The notes under the pieces: model-generated
What the model was told of the DNA's origin: nothing
The model's database searches: none
What the model saw: the letters and a program-made list of their open reading frames with translations, nothing else
Position numbers and translations under genes: made by a program
Assembly (NCBI GenBank): GCA_965178125.1
Contig: OZ237763.1
Coordinates: forward strand, 186,001 to 250,000
DNA: 64,000 nucleotides
DNA from: Bilabrum cf. latius
Lineage: Eukaryota
Reading direction: 5' to 3'
Part shown: one piece after another, positions 63,349-64,000 of the stretch
How the letters are laid out: the number at the start of each line of letters is the position of its first letter
How positions within the stretch are numbered: the stretch's first letter is position 1

Positions 63349-64000
63349 ATGTCATCATCTAAGCATAGGATACCCGGATCAGTGCAATCGTAGCCATACT
63401 ACCCATCGAGTGCGTACATGGGGTGAGATACTTGTTTATAGCGCAGCACCGAGGCCTTGCTATATCAACTGCAATCACCGCAAGGCAAGCATCAGCCCGT
63501 GCGCCTCGCAATATTTTGCAGGGATGACTTCCTTGGAACTCCCAAAGCAATTTCAAAGGCTGCTGAAACGGAAGCGCGCACCGACGTAGTAGCTCCAACT
63601 TTGCCGGGATCTGCCGCTGCGCAACTGCAACCGGGTGGCGAACGAGGCGCAGACTCAGCATGTAGAGCCAGTCCTAGCACTCCTGGGGATATCAAATCAA
63701 ATAATGGCATAGATGGCAGCGCTCCCAGCTCTGGAGCCGGTGCCGGAGAGAGCAGCAATGGTAGCACAGGAGCAAGCACTGCGGCCGGGCTATCGGGCTC
63801 AGCCGCGACCAAGACGGGGAGCAAGCCCGGATCGCCCAAAAGAGCAAGAAAATCGAAGGGACTACCCGGTAGCGCATCCAGCAGCCGGTCCGGTTCACCC
63901 GCGGAGGAAGCCTCCTTCGCCCCAGGCTCCGCCAAGCGCGGCCACTTTGCTCGCATGCTTGCCTCCCCTAGCGTGGACCAGAAGGCCCTCAGGGAGAAAG
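63349..64000 (+). CDS. Probable TBC-domain Rab GTPase-activating protein (TBC1D22/Gyp1-like), 3'-partial
   Basis: Exons 63349-63422 and 63522 to the window end (GT-AG intron, frame-consistent). TAG at 63391. Ends ...HFARMLASPSVDQKALREK, which resembles the helix preceding the TBC 'W.G.P' motif; the domain itself lies outside the window. Confidence 0.55.

Noticed and set aside
63492-63956. 154-aa minus-strand ORF
   Set aside because: The plus-strand spliced frame has canonical splice sites and a TBC-like end, so the minus ORF is probably its shadow.
1-64000. Cluster of pseudogenes, or C-to-T damage, explaining the premature stops
   Set aside because: Only TAG appears internally, never TAA (from CAA) or TGA (from CGA). 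I found no frameshifts, and catalytic motifs of essential genes are intact.
1-64000. TAG as pyrrolysine, or A-to-I edited to Trp
   Set aside because: Conserved sites correspond to Gln, the context is eukaryotic and no pyl genes are present. U-to-C editing to CAG is not formally excluded without RNA data, but it would be expected to affect TAA and TGA too.

Overview
Gene-dense, GC-rich eukaryotic (protist) nuclear DNA with about 17 protein-coding genes and short GT-AG introns. A flagellated heterotroph such as a stramenopile is plausible, but that assignment is weak inference. The main result is a variant nuclear genetic code. Almost every gene is interrupted by in-frame TAG codons (about 80 by manual count) with the frame continuing after each one, and none of my gene models contains an internal TAA or TGA. 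Where a TAG falls at a position conserved in the family it corresponds to Gln: RPB2 KLLF[TAG]ELMAM, PP4 DLDE[TAG]IERL, SDHAF1 LSGF[TAG]KQVL and EK[TAG]LK, RME-8 [TAG]KGPFS. All 16 gene models with a visible 3' end stop at TGA (13) or TAA (3). So UAG appears to encode Gln while UAA remains a stop. Read this way, the fragmented ORF track resolves into: a >4100-aa lectin/cadherin/IPT multi-pass surface protein, a Myb factor, a PanB-PanE fusion, RPB2, a zinc-dependent deaminase, a SWR1/p400-like protein with degenerate ATPase motifs, an OFD1-like protein, a coiled-coil protein, RME-8, an orphan, SDHAF1, squalene epoxidase, cofilin, PP4c, a secreted orphan, proteasome beta2 and the start of a TBC Rab-GAP. 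All family assignments come from motif recognition by eye; no database searches were run.
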